A stretch of DNA of 64,000 bases from an uncultured Actinomycetes bacterium (lineage in GTDB: Bacteria; Actinomycetota; Acidimicrobiia; IMCC26256; DASPTH01): NCBI GenBank assembly GCA_963784595.1, contig CAWARX010000005.1:451353-515352 (forward strand), given 5' to 3'. Below are positions 10,803 to 21,763 of this stretch, piece after piece. Below the pieces are notes generated by a model. The model was not told the origin of the DNA. It did not search any database and saw only the letters and a list, made by a program, of their open reading frames with translations. Numbering within the stretch: position 1 is the stretch's first letter; every line of letters begins with the position of its first letter. The position numbers were made by a program, and so were the translations under genes.

Positions 10803-11840
10803 GTGCCTGAGCCCTGGTTTTCCTCCGTAGTCGGCCGTGACATGGCAGTCGACCTCGGCACGGCGAACACCCTGGTGTACGTGCGCGGCAAGGGGATCGT
10901 GCTCGACGAGCCGTCGATCGTCGCGATGAACACCCGCGACGGGCGCCTGCTCGCCGTCGGCACCGAGGCCAAGCGCATGCTCGGTCGCACGCCGGGGCAC
11001 ATCGAGGCGGTCCGGCCGCTGAAGGACGGCGTGATCGCCGACTTCGACATCTGCGAGAAGATGCTCCGCTACTTCATCCAGCGGGTGCACCAGCGCAAGT
11101 GGGCCAAGCCCCGCATGGTCATCTGCATCCCCTCGGGGATCACCGGGGTCGAGCGGCGCGCGGTGCAGGAAGCGGCCGAGTTCGCGGGCGCCCGCAAGCC
11201 GGTGCTCGTGATCGAGGAGCCCATGGCCGCCGCGATCGGCGCCGGTCTCCCCGTGCACGAACCTGCGGGCAACATGATCGTCGACATCGGTGGCGGTACC
11301 ACCGAGGTCGCGGTGATCTCGTTCGGCGGCATCGTGGTCAGCGAGTCGAGTCGCGTCGGCGGCGACGAGTTCGACGAGGCCATCATCAACTTCGTGAAGC
11401 GCGAGTACTCGCTCGCGCTCGGTGAGCGCACCGCGGAAGAAGTGAAGGTGCAACTCGCGAGCGCGTGGCCGCTCGAAGAGGAGCTCTACGCGGAAGTGCG
11501 CGGACGCGACCTCATCACCGGACTCCCCAAGACCATCGTCCTCTCCACCGTCGAGATCCGCGAGGCGATCGAGGAACCCACCGCGTCGATCGTCGACTCG
11601 GTGAAGGTCACCCTCGACCAGACCCCGCCCGAGCTCGCGGCCGACATCATGGAGCGGGGCATCGTCATCACCGGTGGCGGCGCGCAGCTCATCGGCATCG
11701 AGAACGCGATCCAGGCGGAGACCGGCATGCCGGTGCACCGGGCGAAGCACCCGCTGTACTCGGTGGTGTTGGGTTCGGGTCAGTGCCTCGAGAACTTCGA
11801 CGTGCTGAAGCAGGTCCTGATCGCCTCGCCCCAGGACTGA
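10803..11840 (+). CDS. mreB: rod shape-determining protein MreB
   Basis: ORF 10803..11840 (345 aa). It has the actin-fold motifs [39 protein letters not shown] and [11 protein letters not shown]. Confidence 0.95.
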   Translation: MPEPWFSSVVGRDMAVDLGTANTLVYVRGKGIVLDEPSIVAMNTRDGRLLAVGTEAKRMLGRTPGHIEAVRPLKDGVIADFDICEKMLRYFIQRVHQRKWAKPRMVICIPSGITGVERRAVQEAAEFAGARKPVLVIEEPMAAAIGAGLPVHEPAGNMIVDIGGGTTEVAVISFGGIVVSESSRVGGDEFDEAIINFVKREYSLALGERTAEEVKVQLASAWPLEEELYAEVRGRDLITGLPKTIVLSTVEIREAIEEPTASIVDSVKVTLDQTPPELAADIMERGIVITGGGAQLIGIENAIQAETGMPVHRAKHPLYSVVLGSGQCLENFDVLKQVLIASPQD

Positions 11841-11867
11841 CCGCCCCCCGAGGGGCGTTCGAGCACC

Positions 11868-12734
11868 GTGGTCGTCTATCGCCAGGACCGTCGTCGCCGG
11901 CTCACGCTCGTGCTGCTGGTCATCACCGCCCTCGCCCTGATGTCGCTCGACGAACGGGGCTCCGGCGTCATCAACTCCGCCCGCACCGCCGCCCAGGACG
12001 TCGTCTCCCCCTTGCAGTCCCTCGCCGACGACGTGATCAACCCGGCCAGCGACTGGCTCGACGGCCTCGGGCGGGCCACCGAGCTGCAGGACGAGAACAC
12101 CCGTCTGCGCCAGCAGCTCGATGCGGCCAAGAGCGAGATCGCCGCGGCCAAAGGTTCGCTCGCCGAGCTCAACGCGCTCAAGGGGATCGTGGATCTCCCC
12201 GACATCGCCGACGCCGACGGCGTCGTCGCCGAGGTCGTGACGCAGACGTCGGACAACTTCTCGCGCTCGTTCCAGATCTCCAAGGGCAGCGACGCCGGCA
12301 TCGCCGCGGGATGCCGGTGGTCATCAACGGCACGGACGCGTCGGCGTTGGTGGGTCAGGTGTACTCGGTGTCGAAGACCAGCGCGATCGTCCGCCGCATC
12401 GACGACGCCAACTTCGGCGCCGGCGCGCAGCTGGTGCAGGACAAGGGCGTGTACGGGCCGAAGGGCGCGGCGGCCGGCCAACGCGACAGTGGCCTCCTGC
12501 GGTTCTCGGTGATCGGCGACACCGGCGCGTTCGTGACCATGAAGAAGGGCGACGTCGCCGTCACCCTCGGGCTCCCCACCGAGTCGTTCCCGCAGGGCCT
12601 CGTGATCGGGACGGTCGTGCACGACGTCGGCGCCGGCGGGTCGATCGCGCGTGACGCCGAGTTGCGCCCGGTGGTCGACCTCAACGCGCTCGAACTTCGT
12701 GAAGGTGCTGAAGTACACCCCGGCGGTCCGGTGA
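11868..12734 (+). pseudogene. mreC: rod shape-determining protein MreC; two frame disruptions
   Basis: ORF 11868..12512 gives the N-terminal TM plus coiled coil (RRRLTLVLLVITALALMSLD...LQDENTRLRQQLDAAKSEIAAAK...FQISKGSDAGIAAG). It continues in the frame of ORF 11465..13243 (MPVVINGTDASALVGQVYSVSKTSAIVRRIDD...VTLGLPTESFPQGLVIGTV). The last 14 codons (FVKVLKYTPPAVR-stop) are in a third frame. The switches are at ~12308 (missing G) and ~12695 (extra C). The stop overlaps the mreD GTG (GTGA). Confidence 0.85.
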
Positions 12735-13243
12735 TCCGTCGCATCCGCCTCGGGTTCGTCGTGCTCGCGTGCGTCGTGCTCCAGACGACCCTCTTCACCC
12801 ATCTGCGCGTCGACGACGTCGCCCCCCAGATCGGTCTGGTGGCGGTGCTGGCGGTCGCCTACGAGAACGGCGCCGACACCGGCGCCATCTTCGGCTTCGT
12901 GATGGGCCTCGCCATCGACCTCTTCCTGACCACCCCGCTGGGCCTGTCGGCGCTGTCGTTCGCGGTCACCGGCTACGCGGTCGGGGTGTTCCAGGCCGGC
13001 GTGGTGCGCACGACGCCGTGGCTGGCGCCGATCCTCGGCGGCGTCGGCGGTCTGTTCGGCGGCCTGGTGTACCTCACGGCCGGAGCGGTGGTCGGCCAGT
13101 CCGGCTTCCTCTCGTTCAACAGCCTCAAGATCGTGGTGATCTCGGCCCTGTTCGACGCCCTCATCGCCCCGCTCGTGTTCCCGATCGTGCGCCGGGCCGC
13201 CCGCCGCGAGGACACCGGCGCGACCTGGCGGGTGCGCGGGTGA
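12731..13243 (+). CDS. mreD: rod shape-determining protein MreD
   Basis: The tail of the ORF 11465..13243 frame, from GTG 12731: VIRRIRLGFVVLACVVLQTTLF...IFGFVMGLAIDLFLTTPLGLSALSFAVTGY. It is a small multi-TM protein in the canonical position after mreC. Confidence 0.75.
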   Translation: MIRRIRLGFVVLACVVLQTTLFTHLRVDDVAPQIGLVAVLAVAYENGADTGAIFGFVMGLAIDLFLTTPLGLSALSFAVTGYAVGVFQAGVVRTTPWLAPILGGVGGLFGGLVYLTAGAVVGQSGFLSFNSLKIVVISALFDALIAPLVFPIVRRAARREDTGATWRVRG

Positions 13244-13298
13244 CGCCCGGCCGGAGCGCTCATCGGCGAGACTGGCAGGCCTTGAACGGCGGGCCGGC

Positions 13299-15305
13299 GT
13301 GAACGAGGTGAACAGCCACCGGCGCCTCGTCGTGATCGGCGTGATCGTGCTCGCGCTCTTCGGCGCGCTCCTCACGCGCCTGTGGTTCCTCCAGGTGACC
13401 GGGGGCGAGCAGCTGGCGGTCGCCGCCCAGCAGAACAGCGACCACTTCGTGCAGGTGCCGGCGATCCGCGGCACCATCTACGACAGCAAGGGCGTTGCGC
13501 TGGCGCAGACGCAACCGGTCACCACGCTCACCGTCGACCGCCAGAAGCTCACCCCGGCCCAGCGGGTCACCCTGCAGCAGAACCTGGCCCCCAGGCTCGG
13601 GATCGACGCCGCCGAGCTGGACAAGCGGATCGACAACTCGCAGTACGAGTCGTACCTCCCCGTGCCGGTCGCCAAGAACGTCGACCTCGTCACCGCCGTC
13701 TACGTGATGGAGCACCGCGACCAGTTCCCGCAGGTCTCGGTGACGCGCACCGCGGAGCGGGTGTACCCGAAGGACTTCCAGGCCGCCGACCTCCTCGGCT
13801 ACGTCGGCCAGGTCAACGCCGCCGAGCTCAAGTCGCACCAGGGCGACGGCTACCAGGCGACCGACACCATCGGCAAGACCGGCATCGAGCAGATGTTCGA
13901 ATCCGAGCTGCGTGGCACCCCGGGGAAGGACAAGGTGGTGCTCGACAACCAGGGGCGGGCGGTCGACGTGGTGGAGGTCAAGAAGCCCCAGGCGGGCCAC
14001 GACGTCCACCTGACCGTCGACCTCGGCACCCAGCACATCGCCGAGGAGTCGCTCCAGCAGGGCATGAACGGCGCCCGCACGCTCGTCGACCCCGACAGCG
14101 GGAACTACTACGCCGCCAACGCCGGCGCGGTGGTGGTGCTCGACGCCCGCACCGGGGCGGTGGTGGCGATGGCGTCGAACCCGAGCTTCAACCCCAACGA
14201 CTTCGTCTCCGGCAAGGCCGACCAGTACTTCAACGACCCGGAGAACCCGTTGATCAACCGGGCCCTCAACCCGTACGCGCCCGGTTCGACGTTCAAGACG
14301 ATCACGTCGATGGCGATGCTTCAGAGCGGGCTCTTCCCCGACGGCCCCAACACCGTCTACTCCGACTACCCCGACGGCTGCTTCCACTTCGGTAACAGCG
14401 AGACCCGCTGCAACGCCGGCCACGCGGTGCTGGGCGCGGTGGATCTGCCCTCTGCGCTGACCGTCTCGAGCGACGTGTACTTCTACTCGGTGGGCAACGA
14501 GTTCTGGAACGCCTACCGCGACGAAGGCAAGGCCAAGGGCTTCCCCGGCGATCTCGCCGGCGACAAGCTGCCCGACGCCGGTCACCCGGTGGGGAACGCC
14601 ATCCAGCACACCGCCACCACCTACGGGTTCGGTGAGCTGACCGGCCTCGGCCTCGGCGACCAGGCCGGTGTCATCCCCGACCACGAGTACCGGGTGACGC
14701 TCAACCCCAACAACGCGGAGCTCCAGTTCTGGCGCCGGGGTGACAGCGCGAGCCTCGCCGTCGGCCAGGGCGACGTGCTGGTCACGCCCCTCCAGCTCGC
14801 GGATGCCTACGCCGCCTTCGCCAACGGCGGCACGCTCTACACGCCCCGGCTCGTCGACGAGATCACCGCCAGCAGCGCCGGTCGCCCACCGGGCCAACCC
14901 GCCACTGTGCTGCACACCATCGACAAGCAGGTCAAGCGCACCACCGGGCTCACGCCCGAGGTGCGCCAGCCGATCGAGGTCGGCCTCGCCGGCGCGGTGA
15001 ACGACCCGAGCGGGACGGCCTACGGCGTCTTCGGCGACTACTCCGGGGTGAAGGTCATCGGCAAGACCGGGACCGCGCAACGCACGCCCAAGCAGGACAC
15101 GTCGTGGTTCGCGGCGATCGTCAACCCGGACAACGACCCGCTGTTCGGGCAGTACGTGGTGGTGGCGATGGTCGAGCAGGGCGGCTTCGGTGCCAACGTG
15201 GCCGCGCCGATCGTGCGCCGGGTCATCGACTACCTCAACGCGCCGACCCAGACCCCCGCCCCGGTCGTGATCGCACCGGCGCGCGGCAACGAGAAGAGCA
15301 ACTGA
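13299..15305 (+). CDS. mrdA: penicillin-binding protein 2 (elongasome transpeptidase)
   Basis: ORF 13299..15305 (668 aa). It has an N-terminal TM anchor, then IRGTIYDSKGVALA, the SxxK motif (PGSTFKTIT), an SxN-type motif (TVSSDVYF) and KTGTA. It lies between mreD and rodA. Confidence 0.9.
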   Translation: MNEVNSHRRLVVIGVIVLALFGALLTRLWFLQVTGGEQLAVAAQQNSDHFVQVPAIRGTIYDSKGVALAQTQPVTTLTVDRQKLTPAQRVTLQQNLAPRLGIDAAELDKRIDNSQYESYLPVPVAKNVDLVTAVYVMEHRDQFPQVSVTRTAERVYPKDFQAADLLGYVGQVNAAELKSHQGDGYQATDTIGKTGIEQMFESELRGTPGKDKVVLDNQGRAVDVVEVKKPQAGHDVHLTVDLGTQHIAEESLQQGMNGARTLVDPDSGNYYAANAGAVVVLDARTGAVVAMASNPSFNPNDFVSGKADQYFNDPENPLINRALNPYAPGSTFKTITSMAMLQSGLFPDGPNTVYSDYPDGCFHFGNSETRCNAGHAVLGAVDLPSALTVSSDVYFYSVGNEFWNAYRDEGKAKGFPGDLAGDKLPDAGHPVGNAIQHTATTYGFGELTGLGLGDQAGVIPDHEYRVTLNPNNAELQFWRRGDSASLAVGQGDVLVTPLQLADAYAAFANGGTLYTPRLVDEITASSAGRPPGQPATVLHTIDKQVKRTTGLTPEVRQPIEVGLAGAVNDPSGTAYGVFGDYSGVKVIGKTGTAQRTPKQDTSWFAAIVNPDNDPLFGQYVVVAMVEQGGFGANVAAPIVRRVIDYLNAPTQTPAPVVIAPARGNEKSN

Positions 15306-16477
15306 TGTCGACGATCAGCCCGAGCCGCCTCGCCCGCGCGCAGTCGCGCCGCGGGCTGGGGGAGCCGTCGCGCCTCGAGGCGTCACCGCTGCGCCACTTC
15401 GACTGGCTGCTGATCGGGTCGTCCTTCGCGCTCACCGCGCTCGGCCTGCTGATGATCTACTCGACAACCCACCACCGCATCCCGGGCGATCCCTACTACT
15501 TCGTGAAGCGCCAGGCGATGTTCGCGGCCATCGGCGTCGTCGCGATGGCGGTGGTGCTCGCCATCGACTACCGGCGCATGCGCGACTACGCGATGGTGTT
15601 CTACGGCGCCACGGTGTTGCTGCTGCTCGCGGTGCTCGCGCCGGTCGGCTCCAACATCAAGGGCCACCAGGCGTGGTTCCAGCTCCCGGGCGGGTTCACG
15701 CTCCAGCCGTCGGAGCTGGCGAAGTTCGGGATCATCGTGGCGCTGGCGGGCTACTGCAACCAGTACCGCGGCGAACTCGACGCGTGGCGCCTCACCACCA
15801 TCGTCGCGCTCGCCAGCGTGCCGATGGGCCTGGTGCTGCTCCAGCCCGACCTCGGGACCGTGATGGTGCTGGTGGTGATCATCGTCGCCCTGCTCGCGGT
15901 GGCGGGCGTGAGCGGCAAGCAGCTGATCGTGCTCGCGCTCCTCGCCGTCACCGGCGTGTACGCGGTCGTCGGCCTCGGCCTGCTCAAGCAGTACCAGCTG
16001 GATCGACTCACCACCTTCATCGATCCCAAGAGCGGGACCAGCCAGGGCACGGCCTACAACCAGGAGCAGTCCAAGCAGGCCATCGCGCACGGGCGCACCA
16101 CCGGGGAGGGCTTCCTGAACGGATCCCAGACCCAGGGCGGGTTCGTGCCCGAGCAGCACACCGACTTCATCTTCACGTCGGTGGGGGAGGAGCTCGGGTT
16201 CGTCGGGTCCGCGGTGCTCCTGGCGCTCTTCGCCATCGTGATGTGGCGCACCTGGCGAACCGCCCGGCTCTCGCGCGACTTCTTCGGGGTGCTGGTGTGC
16301 ATCGGGGTCCTCGCCATGCTCGCGTTCCAGATGTTCGAGAACATGGGCATGACCATGGGGATCATGCCGGTCACGGGCATCCCCCTGCCCTTCATGAGCT
16401 ACGGCGGGTCGTCGCTGATCACGACCTTCGCCTGCGTCGGTCTCGTCGCCAACGTCTCGATGAGAAGGTTCGACTAG
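15305..16477 (+). CDS. rodA: SEDS-family peptidoglycan glycosyltransferase RodA
   Basis: ORF 15104..16477, with the real start at ATG 15305 (TGATG overlap with the mrdA stop). DWLLIGSSFALTALGLLMIYS...QPSELAKFGIIVALA...TDFIFTSVGEELGFVG...GIPLPFMSYGGSSL is typical of FtsW/RodA/SpoVE proteins. Confidence 0.9.
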   Translation: MSTISPSRLARAQSRRGLGEPSRLEASPLRHFDWLLIGSSFALTALGLLMIYSTTHHRIPGDPYYFVKRQAMFAAIGVVAMAVVLAIDYRRMRDYAMVFYGATVLLLLAVLAPVGSNIKGHQAWFQLPGGFTLQPSELAKFGIIVALAGYCNQYRGELDAWRLTTIVALASVPMGLVLLQPDLGTVMVLVVIIVALLAVAGVSGKQLIVLALLAVTGVYAVVGLGLLKQYQLDRLTTFIDPKSGTSQGTAYNQEQSKQAIAHGRTTGEGFLNGSQTQGGFVPEQHTDFIFTSVGEELGFVGSAVLLALFAIVMWRTWRTARLSRDFFGVLVCIGVLAMLAFQMFENMGMTMGIMPVTGIPLPFMSYGGSSLITTFACVGLVANVSMRRFD

Positions 16478-16495
16478 CAAGTAGACTCCCGTGAG

Positions 16496-18449
16496 ATGTC
16501 AAACCTGTGGCCGAGGGTGGAGCCGCTCCTGGCCAGGGTCGAGAAGCCTGCTCGCTACATCGGGATGGAGCGGGGCAGCCTCCGGCCGGAACATCGGCCG
16601 TCCAGCACCTCCTGGCTCCTCGTCTACCCCGACACGTACGAGATCGGGTTACCCAACCAGGGGCTCCAGATCCTCTACGAGATCCTCAACGAACGCGACG
16701 ACGCGTTGGCTGAACGCGCCTACGCGCCCTGGGTCGACATGACCGCGGAGATGCGGGCGGCGAGCGTGCCGTTCTTCTCGGTCGACACCCACCACGCGGC
16801 CTCCGACTTCGACGTGCTGGCCTTCGGCCTCGCGGCCGAGCTCGTCTACACGAACGTGCTCGAGTGCCTCGACCTCGCCGGGGTCCCGGTGCGCGCCGAG
16901 CAGCGCCGGCCCGAGCACCCGCTCGTGGTGGTGGGCGGCCACTGCGCGTTCAACCCCGAGCCGATGGCCGACTTCGTCGACGCGTTCGTGATCGGCGACG
17001 GCGAAGAGGCGGTCGGTGAGATCACCGAGGTGGTCGCGGGCGTGGAAGCGCTCCGGGCGCACCGCCCGTGAGGGGGTGCTGCGCGAGCTGGCCACGATCC
17101 CGGGTGTCTACGTGCCGTCGATGTACGAGGTCGACTACGACGGTCCCTTCATCGCCGAGGTGCGGCCGCGCTTCGCCGAGGTGCCCGAGCGGGTCGACAA
17201 GCGGACCGTGGCCGATCTCGGCGAGTGGCCCTATCCCAAGAACCAGCTGGTGCCGCTCATCGAGGTGGTGCACGACCGCCTCAACGTCGAGGTGTTCCGC
17301 GGGTGCACCCGGGGCTGTCGCTTCTGCCAGGCGGGGATGATCACCCGGCCCGTGCGCGAGCGGCCCGAGGAGCAGGTCCGCACCATGGTGCGCGACGGTC
17401 TGCGCCGCACCGGCTACGACGAGGTCGCGCTCACGTCGCTGTCGACCGCCGACTTCTCGGGGATCGACGGTCTGGTCGCGGGCCTGGTCAACGAGCAGGA
17501 GGGCTGCGGCAACGTCGGCTTGTCGCTGCCGTCGCTGCGGGTCGACGCCTTCACCGTCGGCATCGCCAGCGAGATCCAGAAGATCCGCCGCACCGGCCTG
17601 ACCTTCGCACCCGAGGGCGGCACCTGGCGGGTGCGCCAGGTGATCAACAAGCTCATCACCGACGACGACCTCTTCGCCGCGGTCGAGGGCGCCTACTCGC
17701 AGGGCTGGCAGCGGGTGAAGCTCTACTTCCTCATCGGTGTGCCCACCGAGATGGACGAGGACACGCTCGGGATCTCCCAGCTCGCCCGTGAGGTCGTGAA
17801 GATCGGGCGCAAGTACACGAAGAAGGCGAGCTGCACCGCGTCGGTGGGCGGGTTCGTGCCCAAGGCGCACACCCCGTTCCAGTGGTTCGGGCAGAACCGC
17901 GTTCAGGAGCTCCAACGCAAGGTCGGGCTGCTCCGCGACGACCTCCGCCGTTCCGGCGCCACCATCCGGTGGCACGATCCCGAGGCCACCTTCGCCGAGG
18001 GCATCGCCAGCCGGGGCGACCGGCGCATCGGCCGGGTGATCGAGCGGGTCTGGCGGGCCGGCGGCACGTTCCAGGAGTGGAGCGAGCGCTTCGAGCTCGG
18101 CCGCTGGACCGACGCCATGGCCGCCGAGGGCCTCGACCCCGACTGGTACGTGACCCGCCACCGCACCGACGACGAGATCCTCCCGTGGGACCACATCGCC
18201 GCCGGCCTCCACCGCGACTTCCTGTGGGACGACTGGCAGGAGGCCCTGCGCGAGCACGGGCTCCCCGACTGCCGGTGGACGCCGTGCTACGACTGCGGGG
18301 TATGCACCGACTACGCGCTCGAGCACGTCGTCGCGTCCGCGGTGCCGCCGGCGGGCGGGAGCCAGGGCACCGGCCAGGGTCTCGGCTTCGGCCGCGAGGT
18401 TCCCGTCGAGCTGATCACCAGGGCCGGGGCCGCGGGGGTCACGGCGTGA
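16496..18449 (+). pseudogene. B12-binding-domain radical SAM protein (TIGR03960-like); one frame disruption
   Basis: ORF 16496..17071 (ARYIGMERGS...YPDTYEIGLPNQGLQILYEILN...VVVGGHCAFNPEPMADFVDAFVIGDGEE) joins ORF 17016..18449 (AWKRSGRTAREGVLRELATIPGVYVP...EVFRGCTRGCRFCQAGMITRP, the CxxxCxxC cluster). The switch is at ~17037 (extra G in GCGGGCG). Confidence 0.85.
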
Positions 18450-19189
18450 GGGGCGACTCGGGCTTCCCGGTGCGGATCCGGTTCGCCAAGCGGGGCAAGG
18501 TCCGGTTCATCTCGGCCCGCGACGTCGCCCGCGCCCTCGAGCGGGCCTTCCGCATCGAGCAGCTCCCGCTCGCGTTCACCGAGGGGTTCTCGCCCCGCCC
18601 GAAGGTCAGCTTCGGCCTCGCCCTCTCGGTCGGTCACGAGAGCGACGCCGAGTACCTCGACGTCGAGCTGACCGAGGCCGTCGACACCGAAGCGCTGGCC
18701 GAACGTCTCACCCCCGCATTGCCCGAAGGCATGCCCGTCACCGGTGCGGTGCGCCTCGTCGAGCGCGCGCCCGCACTCCAGGAGTCCATCACCGAAGTCC
18801 AGTACCGGGTCGAGGCCGTCGACGGCCTCGGCCGTCCCGTCCCGGATGCAGTGCTCGATACGGCTGCGTCGCGCGCGTTGGCGTGCGACGAGCTGTTCGT
18901 GACCCGCACCCGGAAAGGCAAGGAGAGCGTGGACGATCTCCGTCCCGCGCTCCGCGACATCGCGGTCGGTCACGACGGCGAAGTGCCCGTGCTCGAGCTC
19001 ACCCTGTTGACGCAATCCCGCGGTGCCCGACCCCGTGAGGTGCTCGACGCCCTCGACTCGTTCGTCGGCATCGGCCTCACCGAGCATCGCGTCCTGAGAA
19101 CATCCCAATGGATCGAACGCGGCGGCGCGCGGGTGGAACCGCTGGCCGCCGACGCGTTCGCGCACGCCTTCGAGGCGCGCGCATCATGA
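18446..19189 (+). CDS. TIGR03936/DUF2344-family protein (radical-SAM-linked)
   Basis: The frame of ORF 17882..19189 from GTG 18446 (GTGA overlap with the preceding stop): VRIRFAKRGKVRFISARDVARALERAFRIEQLPLAFTEGFSPRPKVSFGLALSVGHESDAEYLDVEL. This is the usual partner gene downstream of TIGR03960-type radical SAM genes. Confidence 0.8.
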   Translation: MRGDSGFPVRIRFAKRGKVRFISARDVARALERAFRIEQLPLAFTEGFSPRPKVSFGLALSVGHESDAEYLDVELTEAVDTEALAERLTPALPEGMPVTGAVRLVERAPALQESITEVQYRVEAVDGLGRPVPDAVLDTAASRALACDELFVTRTRKGKESVDDLRPALRDIAVGHDGEVPVLELTLLTQSRGARPREVLDALDSFVGIGLTEHRVLRTSQWIERGGARVEPLAADAFAHAFEARAS

Positions 19190-19201
19190 GAGAAGGAACC
19201 C

Positions 19202-21386
19202 ATGTCCGACGACACGATGCCGGAGGCGACTGTCGCCGCCGGCCCGACCGACACCGTCAGTGCCCCCGACGCACCGGCTCCCGTAACTCCTCGGACCGAA
19301 TCGGCCAACGATTCGGCCCGGGTCTCGTCGAATTCCACCGAATCGGCGGGCGATTCGGCCCGGGTCTCGTCGAATTCCACCGAATCGGCGGGCGATTCGG
19401 TCCGAGGTGACACGGGCGGGAGTCCGTCGCCGGCGGGCCGGACCGACGCCGGTGGGCGAGAGGCCCGAGACGGTGAGGCCGGTGACGGTGAGGTCAAGCG
19501 CAAGCGCCGGCGCGGATCCCGCGGCGGGCGCAACCGCCGCAAGCCCGGCACGGGCGGGACGGGCGCCCCGGCGCGGGGCGCGCCCGGCGAGCGCCGGCAC
19601 CGCCGACGACGACGACGACGAGATCAACCTCGGCCACGACTACAACGACGCCGCCGCCGACCGGGGCCTGACCACTGACGACGTCGCCGACGTGGCGCTC
19701 GAGGACGCAGGCCTGAGCCACACCGCCCGGCCCACCGGCCCCGCCCCGAGCATCGGCGACTCCCGCCCGGCCCCCAAACCCCGGATCGGCGACTCCCGCC
19801 CGGCGCCGCCGGTCAACGGCGACACGCCGGCGGACGGCGAGGCCGGGACCGCTCCCAAGCGGCGCCGGCGCCGGGGCGGACGAGGTCGTGGCCGTGGCGG
19901 CGCCGGGGCGGGCGCCGGCGCCGGGAGCGACACGAGGTCCGGGGCGGGTGCCAAGCCCGGGGGCGATCGCGCGCCGCGTCCCCAACAGCAGCAGAAGCGC
20001 AACGACGACGCCATCCGCGCCGACCTCGGCGTCGGCGAGAAGCCCGTCGTCGACCTCGACGACGACGTCCTCGAGCGCCGCCGGGGCCGCACCCGCAAGG
20101 GAAGGCCGGCCGGTCGCTACCTCATGTGCGTGCACGTGCTCGAGGGCGGCCACACCCACATAGCGGTGCTCGAGGGCCGCAGCCTGGTGGAGCACTCTCT
20201 GGCCACGCCCACCGGCAACGAGTCGATCGACGGCAACATCTACTTCGGCCGGGTGCAGAACGTGCTCCCCGGCATGGAGGCCGCGTTCGTCGACATCGGG
20301 ACCCCGAAGAACGGCGTGCTCTACCGCGGTGACGTCGCCTTCGACAAGGCCGACGTCGAGGGTGGCAACAAGCCCAAGATCGAGCGGATGCTCAAGAACG
20401 GGCAGATGATCACGGTGCAGGTCACCAAGAACCCGATCGCCCACAAGGGCGCCCGGCTCACCCAGGAGGTGAGCCTCGCCGGCCGCTTCCTCGTGATGGT
20501 GCCCGGCGAACCCGACACCTACGGCATCTCCAAGCGCCTGCCCGAGGACGAGCGCAAGCGCCTCCGCAAGGTCCTCGACGCCATCCGCCCCGACGACGCC
20601 GGCCTCATCGTCCGGACCGCGGCGGAGGGCGCGACCACCGACGAGCTCGAGCGCGACGTCCGGCGCCTCCGCCACCAGTGGGAGCAGATCTCGGAGCTGG
20701 CGGGCAAGTCGAAGCAGGCCAAGCTCCTGTACCAGGAACCCGATCTCGTGATGCGACGCATCCGGGAGGAGTTCACCAAGGAGTACCGCGGCATCGTCAT
20801 CGACGACCGCGCCCTCTACGAAGAGATCCGCGGCTACGTCGAGGCGATCACGCCCGAGCTCGCCGACCGCGTCGAGTTCTACGACGCCGAGGAGGAGGGT
20901 CTGCCGATCTTCGAGCGGTTCCACATCTCCGAGCAGCTCCTCAAGGCGCTCGACCGCAAGGTGTGGCTCCCCTCCGGTGGCTCGCTCATCATCGAGCGCA
21001 CCGAGGCCCTCACGGTGATCGACGTCAACACCGGCAAGAACGTCGGCAAGTCCAACCTCGAGGAGACGGTCTTCCGCAACAACATGGAGGCGGCCGAGGA
21101 GATCGCCCGGCAGCTGCGCCTCCGCGACATCGGCGGGATCATCGTGATCGACTTCGTCGACATGGAGATCAAGGCCAACCGGGACCAGACCATGCGGGTG
21201 TTCCGTGACGCCCTGGCCCGCGACAAGACCCGCACCCAGGCCTTCGAGATGTCGGAGCTGGGCCTGGTGGAGATGACCAGGAAGCGGATCTCCGAGGGTC
21301 TGGTCGAGTCCTTCAGCAGCACCTGTCCCAGCTGCCACGGCCGGGGTTTCCTCCTCGACGAGGCGCTGCTGGAGTCGATGGACTAG
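19202..21386 (+). pseudogene. rne: ribonuclease E/G family endoribonuclease (RNase E-like); one frame disruption in the low-complexity N-terminal extension
   Basis: ORF 19202..19678 (GAGAAGGAA RBS; disordered acidic/basic N-terminus ending KRKRRRGSRGGRNRRKPG) joins ORF 19407..21386 somewhere in ~19560-19600. The catalytic core reads NIYFGRVQNVLPGMEAAFVDIG (S1 domain), ...SGGSLIIERTEALTVIDVNTG..., ...IGGIIVIDFVDM... and CPSCHGRG (Zn link). Confidence 0.9.
19295..19405. repeat. coding tandem repeat, 42-bp unit x2.6 (ACCGAATCGGCGGGCGATTCGGCCCGGGTCTCGTCGAATTCC)
   Basis: Direct reading. Units lie at 19295-19336, 19337-19378 and 19379-19405 (partial). They encode TESA(N/G)DSARVSSNS repeats in the rne N-terminus. 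Each unit contains the inverted repeat CGAATCG...CGATTCG. Confidence 0.85.
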
Positions 21387-21430
21387 CATCACCAGGTTCC
21401 AGCGACGTTCTTCGAGGGGTTTCCCGCGCC

Positions 21431-21760
21431 ATGTACGCAGTGATCCGCACCGGCGGCAAGCAATACAAGGTCGAGGCCGGTGAGCAGCTCGAGGTCGAGC
21501 GCCTCGGGGTCGACGAAGGCACCGACGTGGAGCTCACGCCGATCCTCCTCGTCGACGGCGAGACCGTCCTCGCCACGCCCGCACAGCTCGAAGGCGCGGT
21601 CGTGAAGGCCCGCGTCGTCGGCGCGACCCGCGGTCCCAAGATCGACGGATTCATCTACAAGCCCAAGAGCAACAACCGCCGCCGCTACGGCCACCGCCAG
21701 GACCTCTCGGTCGTCGAGATCACCGGCATCACTGGCGCCACGGCGAAGAAGGGGAGTTGA
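21431..21760 (+). CDS. rplU: 50S ribosomal protein L21
   Basis: ORF 21431..21760. MYAVIRTGGKQYKVEAGEQLEVERL...YKPKSNNRRRYGHRQ is the canonical bL21 sequence. Confidence 0.96.
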   Translation: MYAVIRTGGKQYKVEAGEQLEVERLGVDEGTDVELTPILLVDGETVLATPAQLEGAVVKARVVGATRGPKIDGFIYKPKSNNRRRYGHRQDLSVVEITGITGATAKKGS

Positions 21761-21763
21761 CCC

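Noticed and set aside
19295-19405. The short tandem repeats (tig 3207-3295, rne 19295-19405, ABC linker 52181-52210, 62745-62807) as possible CRISPR or regulatory arrays.
   Set aside because: All are in-frame coding repeats with no spacers. No cas genes or repeat-spacer periodicity occur anywhere in the window.
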